DNA of 63,569 bases, the filler included, from Rozella allomycis CSF55 (Eukaryota): NCBI GenBank assembly GCA_000442015.1. It is 4 parts of 4 records of this genome, joined end to end, with 100 filler letters (N's around TTAATTAATTAA, not from the genome) between each part and the next. Parts side by side here need not be neighbours in the genome. Positions count along the whole stretch, not along the records: positions 22,464 to 47,867 come from KE561212.1; 3 more parts are not named here. One strand, written 5' to 3'. The stretch's first letter is position 1; each line of letters starts with the position of its first letter. Positions 25,176-37,190 of the stretch are shown piece after piece. The translations under genes were made by a program, and so were the position numbers. The notes under the pieces were generated by a model that was not told where the DNA came from, ran no database searches, and was given only the letters and a program-made list of their open reading frames with translations.

Positions 25176-26625
25176 TTAGGCCAGGTGCTCGTTATTTGCA
25201 ACAAACGTGAACCCTTGCAGCTGACCTTCAATTCCGGGTTGACCTTCGGCCGGTGTGAACACAACTGGCAGATCCGTAAACTCCTTGTCAAAATTTCGAG
25301 TGTCACATTCATTCGTCTGAATTAAAAGGAATGGTGAAATTTTACGATTGTAGGTACAAAGGGCGCAGGAACTTCCTTCTTTAGAATTTTGTCCCAATCC
25401 GTGTCGTTAAAGAATGAATGACACATTAATTCTTCTCCGTCTGAAGGACCGCATCCGATACGCTTTGAAGGGTCACGGCTAAGGAGCTAAATTAGTAATT
25501 TTTAAAGACACTTACTGATTCCAAGAGAGATCTTGCAGGGGTAGATAAGGATAGCGGGACTAAAATTTTTTGATGCAATATATTATTGAACAATTGTTCC
25601 ATGTTTGTGGCGGGGCCAAAAGGTGGCCTACCGATCATCATTTCGTAAATGACAACACCAAGTGCCCACCAATCTACAGACCTACCGTATACTTCTTCTT
25701 CTAAAATTTCAGGCGCTAAATATTCCGGAGTTCCGCAGAAAGTGCTAGTTCTATCAATTTCAGAAGCTATGCCCTGTTTACACAACCCAAAGTCTGTAAT
25801 TTTTATATACCCTTGTTCATCCAATAAGAGATTTTCAAGCTTTAAATCTCTATAAACTACGCCTTTTGAATGCAAATATGTCAAAGCAAGGACAACTTGA
25901 GATGCATAAAATTGGACTCTATCTTCCTTGAATTTTCTTTCCTTTCCAAGGTGAAAAAAGAGCTCTCCTCCTTTAACGTATTCCATAACAAAGTAAAGTC
26001 TATCAGTTGTTTGAAACGAAGAATACAATTTCACTAGAAAAGGGTAATCAATGGCTTGAAGAACCCTATTTTCTGAAAGCACATGATCTAAAGATTCTTC
26101 ATCAATAAGCCCTGTCTTTTTGATAATTTTGACTGCATAGTATTGTGAAGGTTCATTGATTTTTGTTGCAAGCATGACTTTTCCATAGTTTCCTTTTCCC
26201 AATACCTTGTGAAAAGTGAAGTCCTCAGGGTGAAGTTTCTTTTGAAAGTTCGCATTGCATTCAGACTTTTGAAATATTTTCAATTCTGAAGTTGCCTCTA
26301 AAATGGACATCCAATCGTTCTTTTCTTGGACAGTTTCGGCCATCATGAACCGTTTTAGACCATTTGAAAAAACAATTTCAAAAGCTGTCTCTCCAAACTT
26401 ATCACAAGAATTGATTTTAGAACCAATTAGTATAAAATAATTGGTAGGTTCGATTTCATTTATAGGGTCTTTGTAATAATACAAAATGCCATTCTTCAAT
26501 TGGAACCAACGAGGTCGCCAGTTTTTAATATAATTTCCTTGCTTCATTAACCAGCCTTCCTTTGAAGCTTGGGGAGACTCTTTCCCAGTTACTAATTTGA
26601 GCTTATTGAATTTGGAGGCAACCAT
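25176..26625 (-). CDS. Akt/PKB-like AGC kinase with N-terminal PH domain
   Basis: PH domain KEGWLMKQGNYIKNWRPRWF; kinase motifs VLGKGNYGKV, YRDLKLENLLLD, DFGLCK, TFCGTPEYLAPE; C-tail DTRNFDKEFT, turn motif FTP, hydrophobic motif LQGFTF. Confidence 0.9.
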
Positions 26626-26793
26626 GAATTAATTAATTGGTGGCTTTGTTGCAAGTGTTAACTCTTTCCATTTGTATATCATATCTTTTTGCCATTGTGC
26701 TCAAGGATTAGGAAATTTTATGTGAGTTTTACAACAAATCAATGAATGGAGCTAGTTAAAAAAGAATCTTTCGAAATAAAATAGCAAAACATT

Positions 26794-28013
26794 TTAATTT
26801 TGTTTATTATAAGGCATTTGCATCTGAAATGGTTGATAAAATCCACTCTGAAAAGATTGATCTTGTTGTTGTTCCTTTTTGTCTTTATCTCCTTGATGAG
26901 GTAAAAAGGAGGACATTGGATAGAATGGAAACTGCTGTGGGGCGTAAAGACGATCGCTCATTGGGTTAAATGGAGTGTTAGCAGGTTGCTTTTCGTCCAC
27001 TTTATTGTTTTGAGCTGCTTGGTTTGGTTGCTGAGGAAAGTAGCCAGAGTTATAATACATAGCTTTACTGTACATGTTCTGACCATATGGAGCATATTGG
27101 TTAGGCCCAGGCATGTAATATGGATAATAATACTGGAAGGGGAACTGATTCATAGGCATTTGCTGGTTTGGAGCATCTGCGGATCCTTCCCTTGGAACGT
27201 TTGATGGCGGATAAAAACCCTGGTCAGAAAAAAACAATGTCAATTACCATTTGAGGAAAATGTGATTCTTGATGTCCATAAAACCCAGGATTGGAGTATT
27301 CAGGGAATGACATGTTTTGTGGAAAACTCATCATTCCAGGATACTGATGAGGTTGAGGTTGTTCTTGAGAAGTCTTTCCAATTCTATTTGAGCAAGGATA
27401 AAATAATTACGGCTCATCTTCTAATCCCAATGATCCGAATTTTAAAGAAACAGGAGCTTGATTCTCCTCAGTCTCTTGAGTAGGAAAAACGTTAGGTTCA
27501 ACAACAGGTTCATCGTTTTCTACCTTCGTATCATCATTCATAGGTGGATGCGCCTCTACAACAGGTGAAGAAGGTTTGACTTCTTCTTTCTTCTCAGACG
27601 TTTCAACATCATTTTCTTTCTTTTCCCCATCTCTCTTCTTATTATAGTGACGGCTAGAATCTTTTCCTTGATAAGACTTTTTATATTTCTGATCATTTCT
27701 ATAATCTTTGCGCCTATCTTTATATTCTTTCTTGTATGTGTTTGTGTTCTTTGCATATCTTCCTTTTTGAGCGGTTGAACTCTGTGGTTTAGTGTGAACT
27801 GGAACTTTAGAAAATGGTTTGACATAGCCTTTATACCTAAAAATATTGTGTTATACCTTCAGTTATACGAGAAGCTATTAGTTGAATATCTCCGTCATAA
27901 TCCTCTAAAAGACTTAATAGGTCATCATCTGACCATTCTATAAAGAGTTCTTTTAAAGTCTTTAAACCAGTTTTATGTTTTTCTTCTAGTTCACTGAAGC
28001 TAAGAGTTGTCAT
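26794..28013 (-). CDS. Def1/UBAP2-like protein (N-terminal CUE-like domain, Q/Y/P-rich tail), multi-exon
   Basis: LKELFIEWSDDDLLSLLEDYDGDIQLIASRITEG at the N-terminus; low-complexity QYYYPYY/QQ C-terminus. Confidence 0.65.
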
Positions 28014-28282
28014 GTTTTTTTCTGACCAGGGTACAACAGAGGACGTTTATAGAGCTCCATACTCGTCTCTATTAATACCCGAGATTGAAAAGTTGGTTAT
28101 CAATATAATACATATCATGCTCTGTACATTATTATTGTTATGATGTAGAATTTGATTGCCGACTCACATTTTGATAAAAATAAAATATAATCTTTATTAT
28201 CGTATGCGTAATTTTATAACTTTATTGGCTAAGTGACAGTAGGTATTTTACTCAAGTTTTACTTCGCCACTTGTAAGTTGTC

Positions 28283-28924
28283 ATGACTGAAGCCCAGAAA
28301 AGAGTTATGCTTCAAGTTTTGTTGCAAAATAGATCTTTCCCAGACTACATCATATCAAAATATAACATGAAAGTTCCTGAAATCAACGCTTTACTCTCAC
28401 CATTTCACTTCAAAGTAGTCAAATTTTTAAAGTTCTATTATCTTATCAACACACATACCGATGATAATTTAAAAGCTTTGTCATATGAATATAATGTTTC
28501 AGATATATTCGCATTAAAGGAAATTATATCCGCACTTCAGAGTGAACAATCTCTCTGTTTGCCTGAAGACGATATTGTATCGTACTTTAAATCAAACAAT
28601 ATTACAAAAACTGCAGCTGAAAGTCGTGTATTGGTCATGGTAAATGATGGATGGCTAGAGAGATTAATTGATGAGGACGGTGCAGTGTTTTATTCATTTG
28701 GCCCGAGAACATTATTGGAGCTCAGAGAAATTTTAGAAGAATCAATTTCATCTTGTGCGGGATGTAAGCATTTGTTAAATCAAGAAGTAACGAGTTTCTT
28801 TATCCATTAATAGACGGTTTCTTGCGCTTGCTCTGAAGCAATGCATAAATATTGCTATGAAAAAATCAAGCGATCTTCCAGAAGTGAAAAAGTACAATGT
28901 CCTGCTTGTCAAAGCCAATTCTAG
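28283..28924 (+). CDS. NSE1: SMC5/6 subunit Nse1 (winged helix plus RING-like)
   Basis: KRVMLQVLL, DGWL...YSFGPRTLLEL, CAGC [intron] CAC...HKYC...CPAC. Confidence 0.85.
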
Positions 28925-29021
28925 TTTCATTGCAATGTCTTGGCAAGTCTCTACTGAATAAAAGATAATTTTTGTTTCTCTTTATCAATCTTACTTCAGT
29001 CTACTTTTGGACTTTTCGGGA

Positions 29022-31010
29022 ATGGATTTAGAGAGGCGCAAAAAGGAATTAGAAGAAAAGAGGAAAAAACTAGCTGAACTAAAAAAATCTCGTGCTTTTT
29101 CTGTATCTGTAAAAGCAATTTTTTCATATGTCGTAGTCCTCAAACTCCTCAATTGCACAAACTCCAAATAAACAAGATATCGACTCTCTTGTTTCTAGCC
29201 TTTTAAAGTAAATTAGTTTTATAAAGATCAAAAAGTAAAAAACCAGAAGTTTCGCAGTCAGAAATAAATGAGACACAGTAAGCATCACCAAGTACAATAA
29301 TTAGACGATCCGAAGAAAACGTGAACGAAAAAGAAAATTTTAAAGACAAAAATAATGCAATGAGAAATCTGACGATTGTTGATGCGGTTTTATTTGATTT
29401 ACCACCTACCGAAGTGATATCGTATAATAAAGAAGCCCAAACTGATACGTTTGATGATATACCAGAGATAGAAGATTTTCAACCTCAGCAATTAGAAACA
29501 GAGACTTACAATGTTATAATAAGTGATGAAAAAATTGAAACGAGTGATCAGCCGGTTGTTGAGAAAGATATTTCTGATCAGGACAAACAAGCTATCTTGA
29601 ATTCAGATTCTTTTTCTAATTTTATAGATAAATCATCCAAGATGGTAGAGAGGGTTTTAAATGAACCATTTGACTATTTAAAGGATTATACAATGGATGA
29701 AACAGTTAATGAAAATATCGACGAGTATTTATCAGTTAAAAATAAATTTTGCAATGAAAAAGTTCAGGGCAGATCAGTAAATGATCTGGACTGGCACCCC
29801 AAAGTATGTTTTTAGCAATTTTCTAAATCAAGCACCATGAACTTTGTTTGTCATCTTATGGAAAAAAGAATGGGTTTACAAATAATGAATATGGTTCGAA
29901 TGGTCTTGTTTGTGTATGGAATATGCTGTTATCGTCTACGACTCCAGAATTTGAGTTTAGTTGTCAATCGAAAGTATTGTCAGCTAAATTTGCCGCTAAT
30001 AATAATCATTTAATTATTGGTGGAACGTATTCAGGACAAATTATGGTTTGGGATTTAAGATCAAAGGCCAGGCCCGTTTTGAAAACCCCTGTTTCAACGG
30101 GTCATGCACATCCGATTTATTCTATAAAGTGTGTTGGAACTCAACAAATAGTTTCGGCGTCTTCTGATGGTACTGTTTGCGTATGGCAGATGGATATGTT
30201 AGGAAAGCCACAAGTAAAAGGATTTTGTCGAATGCAAAGGAAACTTTAGAATTAAATTCGCCTGATCCATTAAACAATAAAGATATTTCAATATCATGTA
30301 TGGATTTTCCTGGTGATGATCAGAATACGTTTGTCGTTGGAACTGAAGAAGGATCAATTTACCGGGGTTCCCTGATGGGTAGAGCAGGAAAGTAAGGATA
30401 ATGTTCTCTTGACTTTAAAGTAAATTTGGAATAAACAATGAATTTCCTCTAGCTCATTCTGCACCTGTTACTGGGATAAAGTTTCATCCCAATAAAGAGG
30501 CGCAATTTGATACTTCCAATGTATTTATCACTAGCAGTTTTGACTGGACCATAAAGTTGTGGAATTACAATGTAATTAAAATATTGTTTTAAAAAATAGA
30601 ATAACTCTAAGAATAATNAAAAAATTAGAATAACTCTAAGAATAATGGAATAAATTGTGTTAGAACATTTGGAAATGGTTTTAATCCAATAATGGATGTA
30701 GAATGGCATCCAAATAAGCCATGTGTATTTGCATCTGTTTCTGGCAATGGAAATTTGGACTTGTGGGACATTCAAAATGAGTCTCAAGTAAATGATGTCA
30801 TTGTCTGTAGTAGAATCTGGTATCAACATTATCGGTGAATGGAAATCCGTTGAATAAGTTATCGTGGCATAAGAATAATTTTATTGCAGTTGGAAGTGTT
30901 GATGGTAGTACAAATATTGTTAAATGTTCTCTTCAAGTAATATTTTGTAAATTTCGGAATAGAATGCGAATCAAAAGGAATGGAATTTTATGCAAAAAGT
31001 AATCAACTAG
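29022..31010 (+). CDS. Cytoplasmic dynein intermediate chain (WD40), multi-exon
   Basis: N-terminal RRKKELEEKRKKLAELKK, LC8-binding-like YNKEAQT, IGGTYSGQIMVWD, GHAHPIYS, VGTEEGSIY, SSFDWTIKLW. Confidence 0.92.
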
Positions 31011-31074
31011 AAGAATCAAATAAAAATATAAAAGATAAATCAAAATTTAAAATAAAAGACAGATTCCATTTTTA

Positions 31075-33078
31075 TTAAAGTTTGGAGATAATTTCACCTT
31101 GATTGTCACTTTCATTGTATTTGACCCAATCGTTAGCAATTGGAGCAGAAAGAACGTGAGAGGGAATACCGAAAGAGTCAACCAATTGAGTGGCACACTT
31201 TGCAAGTTTTGAAGTTAATTTTCTTGACAAGTCACAAACTGCTTTAGCGTTTGATGGAGAAACAATTTCTTCTTTTAAATAGAATCCAAGATTGTTTTCC
31301 AAATAGTTTAAGCCATAGAGTAATCCAACATCATTCAAGATTGATTTGAGATCAGAATCACAAGTGGGGATCACTCTCTTTACTAAATTTTCAATTACAA
31401 TTCTTTCTCCATGAGCTTTTGCTAAATCTTGAATTGCGTCACTTTCTTGTTTCATCCAAATTTCATATAATGATTGACCCTGGCCCATCTTTTCTTTAAT
31501 AGATCTAGAAAGCTATTTTTAGAACATAGAAAACCGGGGTTACGGAATTGAATAGAAAATTTTCTCTTGCAGAAAAAAGATTCAAAAGGCCATTCAATGA
31601 GAGATCAAATGTTTTAGAAAAGGGCAAAAGTTTTTCTTTTCCATTTTGAACATCAGAAATCAATTCTTTTGAAACTTTCTGCATTAAAACAGCCTAGATG
31701 GATTGAATTGAATGAAATTACATTGTCGCCTTCAGCTGTGATTCCAGCGTGAGAAAATCCAATGCAGGATGAAATTTGATTGCACTGCAAATAGCCTTGG
31801 CCACCGCATCTCTCACGGCAAATTGAAGCGACTCTTTCTGCATTCCAAGTGACCAAAGGTTTAAACACACAGCAAAGACGCAGAACTTGAGAATAATCTT
31901 GTTCTGTTTGAGAACACCATCTCTCCTTGACATAATCAAGTCCCAAAGACAAACAAATTGTTCTCGCAATCAATGGAATGATCGCACGCTGCTGCAATTG
32001 ATAATCTAAAATTGGCGTGTCACTTTTTCCAGTTGGCCCCACAGCTAATCTGGTGGCTGAGTACTTTACACACACCGCCAAAGATAACTTTGAAGCGCCA
32101 TTCATCATCGATGCAATACAAAGACGTCCACTCAACAATTGATCTGCAACTTTTAAAAAGCGTCTTTTAATTTCACAAATCTATTTCTTACTCTCTTTTC
32201 CCCTTGATCTTTGAAACAAACTTTCCATTTATTATGTCAGAATATTTATTCAATAGATTTTCAGATGGCACTCTAACATTGTTAAACCAAAGTTTTCCAT
32301 TGTCAACTCCATTGCATTCTATTTTACTTCCCATGTCTTCAACCCTCACACCCGCACAAACAGACCAATCTTCATTTCTTATCCTCACTAAAATCGCATG
32401 GATCCCTTCATGCACCCCATTCACATACAATTGACAAAACACAATCGCATGCTTAGCATGAACTTTTATTCATCTTCAATCTTTTTTACCTGCTGAATTT
32501 GTTATCCAATATTTCTGTCCCTTGGCACTGGGAGTGTTTATAATAAACTCATTGGTGCCAGGGTCATAGTGCGCCGTAGTTTCCATTTCAATCGCATTGT
32601 TGCCATACGCAAGCTCAGTCAAGGCAAAACACCCAACAACACTCAAATTATCAATACCCTCTAGGTAATGGCGATGTCTCTCACTTCCAAGCCTCAATAC
32701 ACTCCCTCCAAACAAATTAAATAAAACAGTCAACTCTACAAAATGTTAATTATAAAACAGTACTTGTCGCCATCGATCCATCAACCTATCTTAGTCATTC
32801 ATATCAATTACCTGTCCTGCCAACTCATGGACGGCAAATATATTCAATGGGTTCTTTTCAAAGTCAAATATCGATATGAATTTGTTCTCTATAATCCTTT
32901 TCAACCTTTCATATGCTATCTCCCTTTCATATCTCATACTCACATCATATCTAGGCACAAACAGTGGATGGCGGAAGAATTCTCTCAGTCTTCTTCGATT
33001 CTCATGATTGTCATGATCAAGCAAGTGCTTCAATTTAGATACCTCAAATGACGACATTGGACAGGGGTCATTACTCAA
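31075..33078 (-). CDS. Peroxisomal acyl-CoA oxidase, multi-exon (start approximate)
   Basis: [48 protein letters not shown]-terminal PTS1 SKL. Confidence 0.92.
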
Positions 33079-33253
33079 ATTTCTTTTATTTAATACACTT
33101 AGAAAAAATTATGGATACAAATAATTAAATTGAAATAGTCAATAACGTTTTCCTTAATTCAAAGGGTTTATGCNAATAAAGTTTTCCTTAATTCAAAAGG
33201 TTTATGCATTTTATTGCATTTCATATTAAATAGTCAAAATTTCTGATTTTTCA

Positions 33254-33520
33254 ATGATTCGCAATCTCATTTCCCGCTCTAATCGCCGTTCAATTCAACA
33301 GCTAATCAGAGGTGAAGGTGATGGGGCAGCATGTAATTCTTCATTTCATCTATGAATAGCTTCAAGCCCATTTGGTAAAAAAGAAAAAGCAGCAGAAGAA
33401 ATGTACTTTAGGCAAAAGGATAAGGAAAAGGCGAGGCATATACTTGAACATCCAGAAGAATTGGAAACTGAATTGCAACAATTGAAGTCTAAAGAAAAGG
33501 ATATCAAGAACAAAAAGTAG
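33254..33520 (+). CDS. Mitochondrial ATP synthase inhibitor IF1 (absent from the ORF track; 27-nt intron 33333-33359)
   Basis: The spliced product MIRNLISRSNRRS...GEGDGAASSSPFGKKEKAAEEMYFRQKDKEK...LQQLK has an Arg/Ser presequence, the IF1 signature and a coiled coil. Confidence 0.85.
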
Positions 33521-34125
33521 TTTTAAATAAAGGTTCTCTCTTTGAAATTACTCAATTTATTTATCTTATAANGACCAAAATATTTTGACAATTAAAGAAT
33601 GGCAAAAGTGTTTCGTATTTATTTTTTGATGATTTTTTTCTTTTGGCGAATACATATCAATATAGACAGATCCTCTGAGATATTGAAGATATATAAATAC
33701 TTAATCTAGTGTAATTACAATATCATTCTAAAATAGTATTGAATTTTTAATTATGAAATCATGCCTATAGCTTGCGCCACAATGACAGAGGCTATCAGAT
33801 TTTTTGAAAACGCGTCTCNTTATTAAGATTGTTTGTTTATGTTTTAACTTTAACCTAGTTGTTATTAATGGGAAAACATGGCAAATTGATGTGCGCGTAC
33901 CTTCATCATCTTGAAAAATTACATAAGCTTATTAGCAGTTTCAAATTGGGATACCAAATCAACTTCAACGAAAACATTATAACTGAAATTATCCTTTGCA
34001 TATTCGTAACGGTCATAATTTTTAAAATATTTCCAATCTTTGCTATTTACTACATTGCAGAGTAATAATGAGAATTTAAAGTCATCAGCTTTTTAGATTT
34101 TCGAAAAGAGCTTACCAAGACAAAN

Positions 34126-34490
34126 TATATATAGGTCAATTTACGGTTATGCAAAAGGCAGTAATGAATTGCTGGTCGTAGAATGCGGCAGTAGGACACA
34201 TTATGAATATTTATATAGAGGGTGGTTTAGAAGAAATGATTGAAAATTTTGATGAAACCCAAGTGCTGTATGGATTTGCCAAGGTAATTGACGACAACAC
34301 CAGGTTGCCCAAATTTGTTTTCATTGCATGGGTAAAGAATAAACACATGTATTATTTAAGTGCCCTGAGGGTGCCGCAATGAACAGGCGTTCACAATTCA
34401 ATATACATAGTCGACAAGTCGCGCAAAAGTTGAAAGGATTTCATGTAGAGATTGTAGCGAGGAATGAGTTTGATATAAAGCCAGAAGTGA
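34126..34490 (+). CDS. ADF-H domain of Abp1/drebrin type (partial, bounded by n-joints)
   Basis: Spliced translation SIYGYAKGSNELLVVECG-GGLEEMIENFDETQVLYGFAKVIDDNTRLPKFVFIAW-CPEG...KGFHVEIVARNEFDI. Confidence 0.85.
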
Positions 34491-34491
34491 T

Positions 34492-35827
34492 NAAAAACTT
34501 GTATAATAAAGGAAGACACAATTTCAGAAACCAATGAGAAAATCAATAGTTTACAAAGTGTGACTACGCATGATCACACCCCGATTTCATCACCGCCAAT
34601 TTCGATTCCCCCACCACCTCCACCTATTCCAATCCCGCCACCGCCAGCTTTCANTGAAGAATCCATCAAAGTATTGAAAATGAAATGTAAAGAGTTTATC
34701 GAAAGAAACCATATCAAGAAAATAAAAACGCGGTCAAAGGTAACATCAAGACGAGACTCGGCTATTGCATCGCCTATCCTCCAAAATCAAGTCTTGGATT
34801 TCAAGAAAATTCATGGGCTAAATGTTCTTATGCGTTCTTGCAANGGTAACATCTAGACGAGACTCGGCTATTGCATCGCCTATCCAAAATCAAGTTTTGG
34901 ATTTCAAGAAAATTCATGGGCTAAATGTTCTTATGCGTTCTTGCAAATTAAATTATGGGCATATTGTTCATTTTCTGAAACATCCATGGGAAATAAATGA
35001 AGAAACCTTCCCCTACCATGTAATGCAAGAAATATTGAAATTTCTCCCAACCGATGAAGAAATGAATAAGCTTTACAAGTCTCATGAAAAAGATTTTAGC
35101 ATTGCAGATTCTTTCATCTTTGAAATTGGAAAAGTAGAGGATGTTAGATTACGATTGAACTTTTTGATTCAGATGAAGAGCATTGACACAGAGGGCCTCA
35201 TAAAAGATTTGTCGGGGTGCTTAAAAAATTATTCAAGATTGGTCCATAAAATCGAATCTTCGAGTAATCTTCATAGACTGTTACATATTATCCTTGTTCT
35301 TGGAAACATCTTGAATGGAACTGAAGAATCAAGCTTTTGCCCATCGTCTCTCCATTCTGTATTAAATATCATGATTTGTCAACTAGTTGAATAATAAGAA
35401 AGAATTTTTAAATCATTGCTATGAATTTGTAAAATCAAATGAGCCAGAAGTTTTAGACCTTGGCATTGAATTTGACGACAAGGTTTTTGAGAATTATCGA
35501 AATCCTGATGAGGTGATGGAGTCTATTTCAGAGTCAATTAAAGCACTAGAAAGTTTTGTGAGAAATGAAATTCTATTCTCTGATAATGAATTTCAAGCAT
35601 TTGTAATGGTAATATATTAATTTGAGCATTAATTTATACAGGGAGTGAAGGAAATTAATAATGGATACCTTAATGAACTTCAATCTTTAGAGAGAAAATT
35701 TAAAGCTCTATTCATGGAAACATGTAGCTTTCTTGGCGAGTGCAACAAAGATTCGCTCCATTTTGATATTTGTATCGGGTTAGTGAAAATTGTGGCCTCT
35801 GATTTTAAAAAAATAAAAACAAAGTAA
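34492..35827 (+). CDS. Divergent formin-like protein (FH1 polyproline plus FH2-like region)
   Basis: PPPPPPIPIPPPP followed by ILKFLPTDEE, ADSFIFEIGKVEDVRLRL, LHRLLHIILVLGNILNG. Confidence 0.75.
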
Positions 35828-35927
35828 CTTGGATATTTATCAGCTTTATAATTATCGGTTTAAAAACTGATAGTTTTGATTCGACGACCTTTATTTTTAG
35901 TACAAACACGCCTCCTTGTTTCATTCC

Positions 35928-36329
35928 ATGGTATCAAAGTCTCTTTTGTTTTACGTCCTTTTATATATCTCTATAACATTGGCATTGCCTAATCCACTGC
36001 TTCCAACAATTCGTCAAGTCCGTCCAGCTAACAGTATGAGTAGTCAAAACCGCGACGATTCACCAAACCCATCATTTCAAAACGCAGCAAATAATAATTT
36101 TATGTCCTACACTGACTTTATACAACAACAACATGGAAAAGATGCTCATCTATCACAACCAGGATATGACCCGCACTATGCATCTGAACACAAAAGAAAA
36201 TATAAAAAGGCTTTAAAAAAGGCTGCGAGATATGGAACCTACGTACTTGGAGCAGCAGGTGCTCTATATGTCGGCTCAGAAATATTTGCCGGTGATCGTA
36301 GTACCAATATTACCCCAAGTCCAGCATAA
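35928..36329 (+). CDS. Small intronless secreted/membrane protein
   Basis: Signal-peptide-like N-terminus (LLFYVLLYISITLA|LP), basic patch KRKYKKALKK, then a Gly/Ala-rich hydrophobic helix. Confidence 0.7.
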   Translation: MVSKSLLFYVLLYISITLALPNPLLPTIRQVRPANSMSSQNRDDSPNPSFQNAANNNFMSYTDFIQQQHGKDAHLSQPGYDPHYASEHKRKYKKALKKAARYGTYVLGAAGALYVGSEIFAGDRSTNITPSPA

Positions 36330-36721
36330 ATTTTGTTAAACCTTTTTAAATCTTGTCTTTTTTTGATTTTTCATGTGACAGCAACATAATATATGAGAAG
36401 GTATTCAGCATTGTATTAACAAGCATTTGAGATCATTGAACCCCAGCCACTAACGACATCCCCCGCTCAAGTCCTGGTTACTATTTTTATATTGTTGGGG
36501 TTGTTACTATTTTTAGAAAAGAAAAGGTATAAATAGGCAAGGAGAAACCCCTATGTAACAAACTAATATTGAAATGGAATTCAAATTTAATTTCACCACT
36601 TTATTATTGCTAGTACTTGTTTTCAATCAACACTACCTTGAAGCAAAGTATATGCAAAGAATCCGCAATTCGATACCCTTTACTCGATCTAANAACCCCT
36701 ATGTAACAAACCAATATTGAA

Positions 36722-37114
36722 ATGGAATTCAAATTTAATTTCACCAATTTATTATTGCTAGTACTTGTTTTCAATCAACACTATCTAGACGCAAAGTATA
36801 TGCAAAGAATCCGCAATTCGATACCCTTTACTCGATCTAAAACATCACCGGAGAATGCTTCAAATGAACCAATACGAGATAGAGCTACTAGGGATATTAT
36901 GGACCCAAATGAACCCAAGAAGAAATCTAAATTGAAAAGATATGCAATTGGAGGATTGGTAGCAACTGGTATTGTAGTTGGAACTGCATTAACGGCAAAC
37001 CATTACTTGCGACCGCATGGCCGAGTATCGTCGTTCTCCACGAAGAAAACAGATGATGACAAGAAAAGTAGTGGAGCGTCTAAAGGAAGTGGAAGGTCTA
37101 GAGGGAAAAAGTAA
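36722..37114 (+). CDS. Small intronless secreted/membrane protein
   Basis: Signal-peptide-like N-terminus, basic patch KKKSKLKR, then AIGGLVATGIVVGTAL. Confidence 0.7.
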   Translation: MEFKFNFTNLLLLVLVFNQHYLDAKYMQRIRNSIPFTRSKTSPENASNEPIRDRATRDIMDPNEPKKKSKLKRYAIGGLVATGIVVGTALTANHYLRPHGRVSSFSTKKTDDDKKSSGASKGSGRSRGKK

Positions 37115-37190
37115 GAAAGGCGTAAAAATAAAAAGTTGATTATACAAATTAGACTCATTTAAAACCATTGAATTTATTTAAAATTAAGAG

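Noticed and set aside
36546-36839. Apparent tandem duplication of the secreted gene's 5' end
   Set aside because: Centred on an n-joint with few substitutions; most likely overlapping contig ends or haplotypes.
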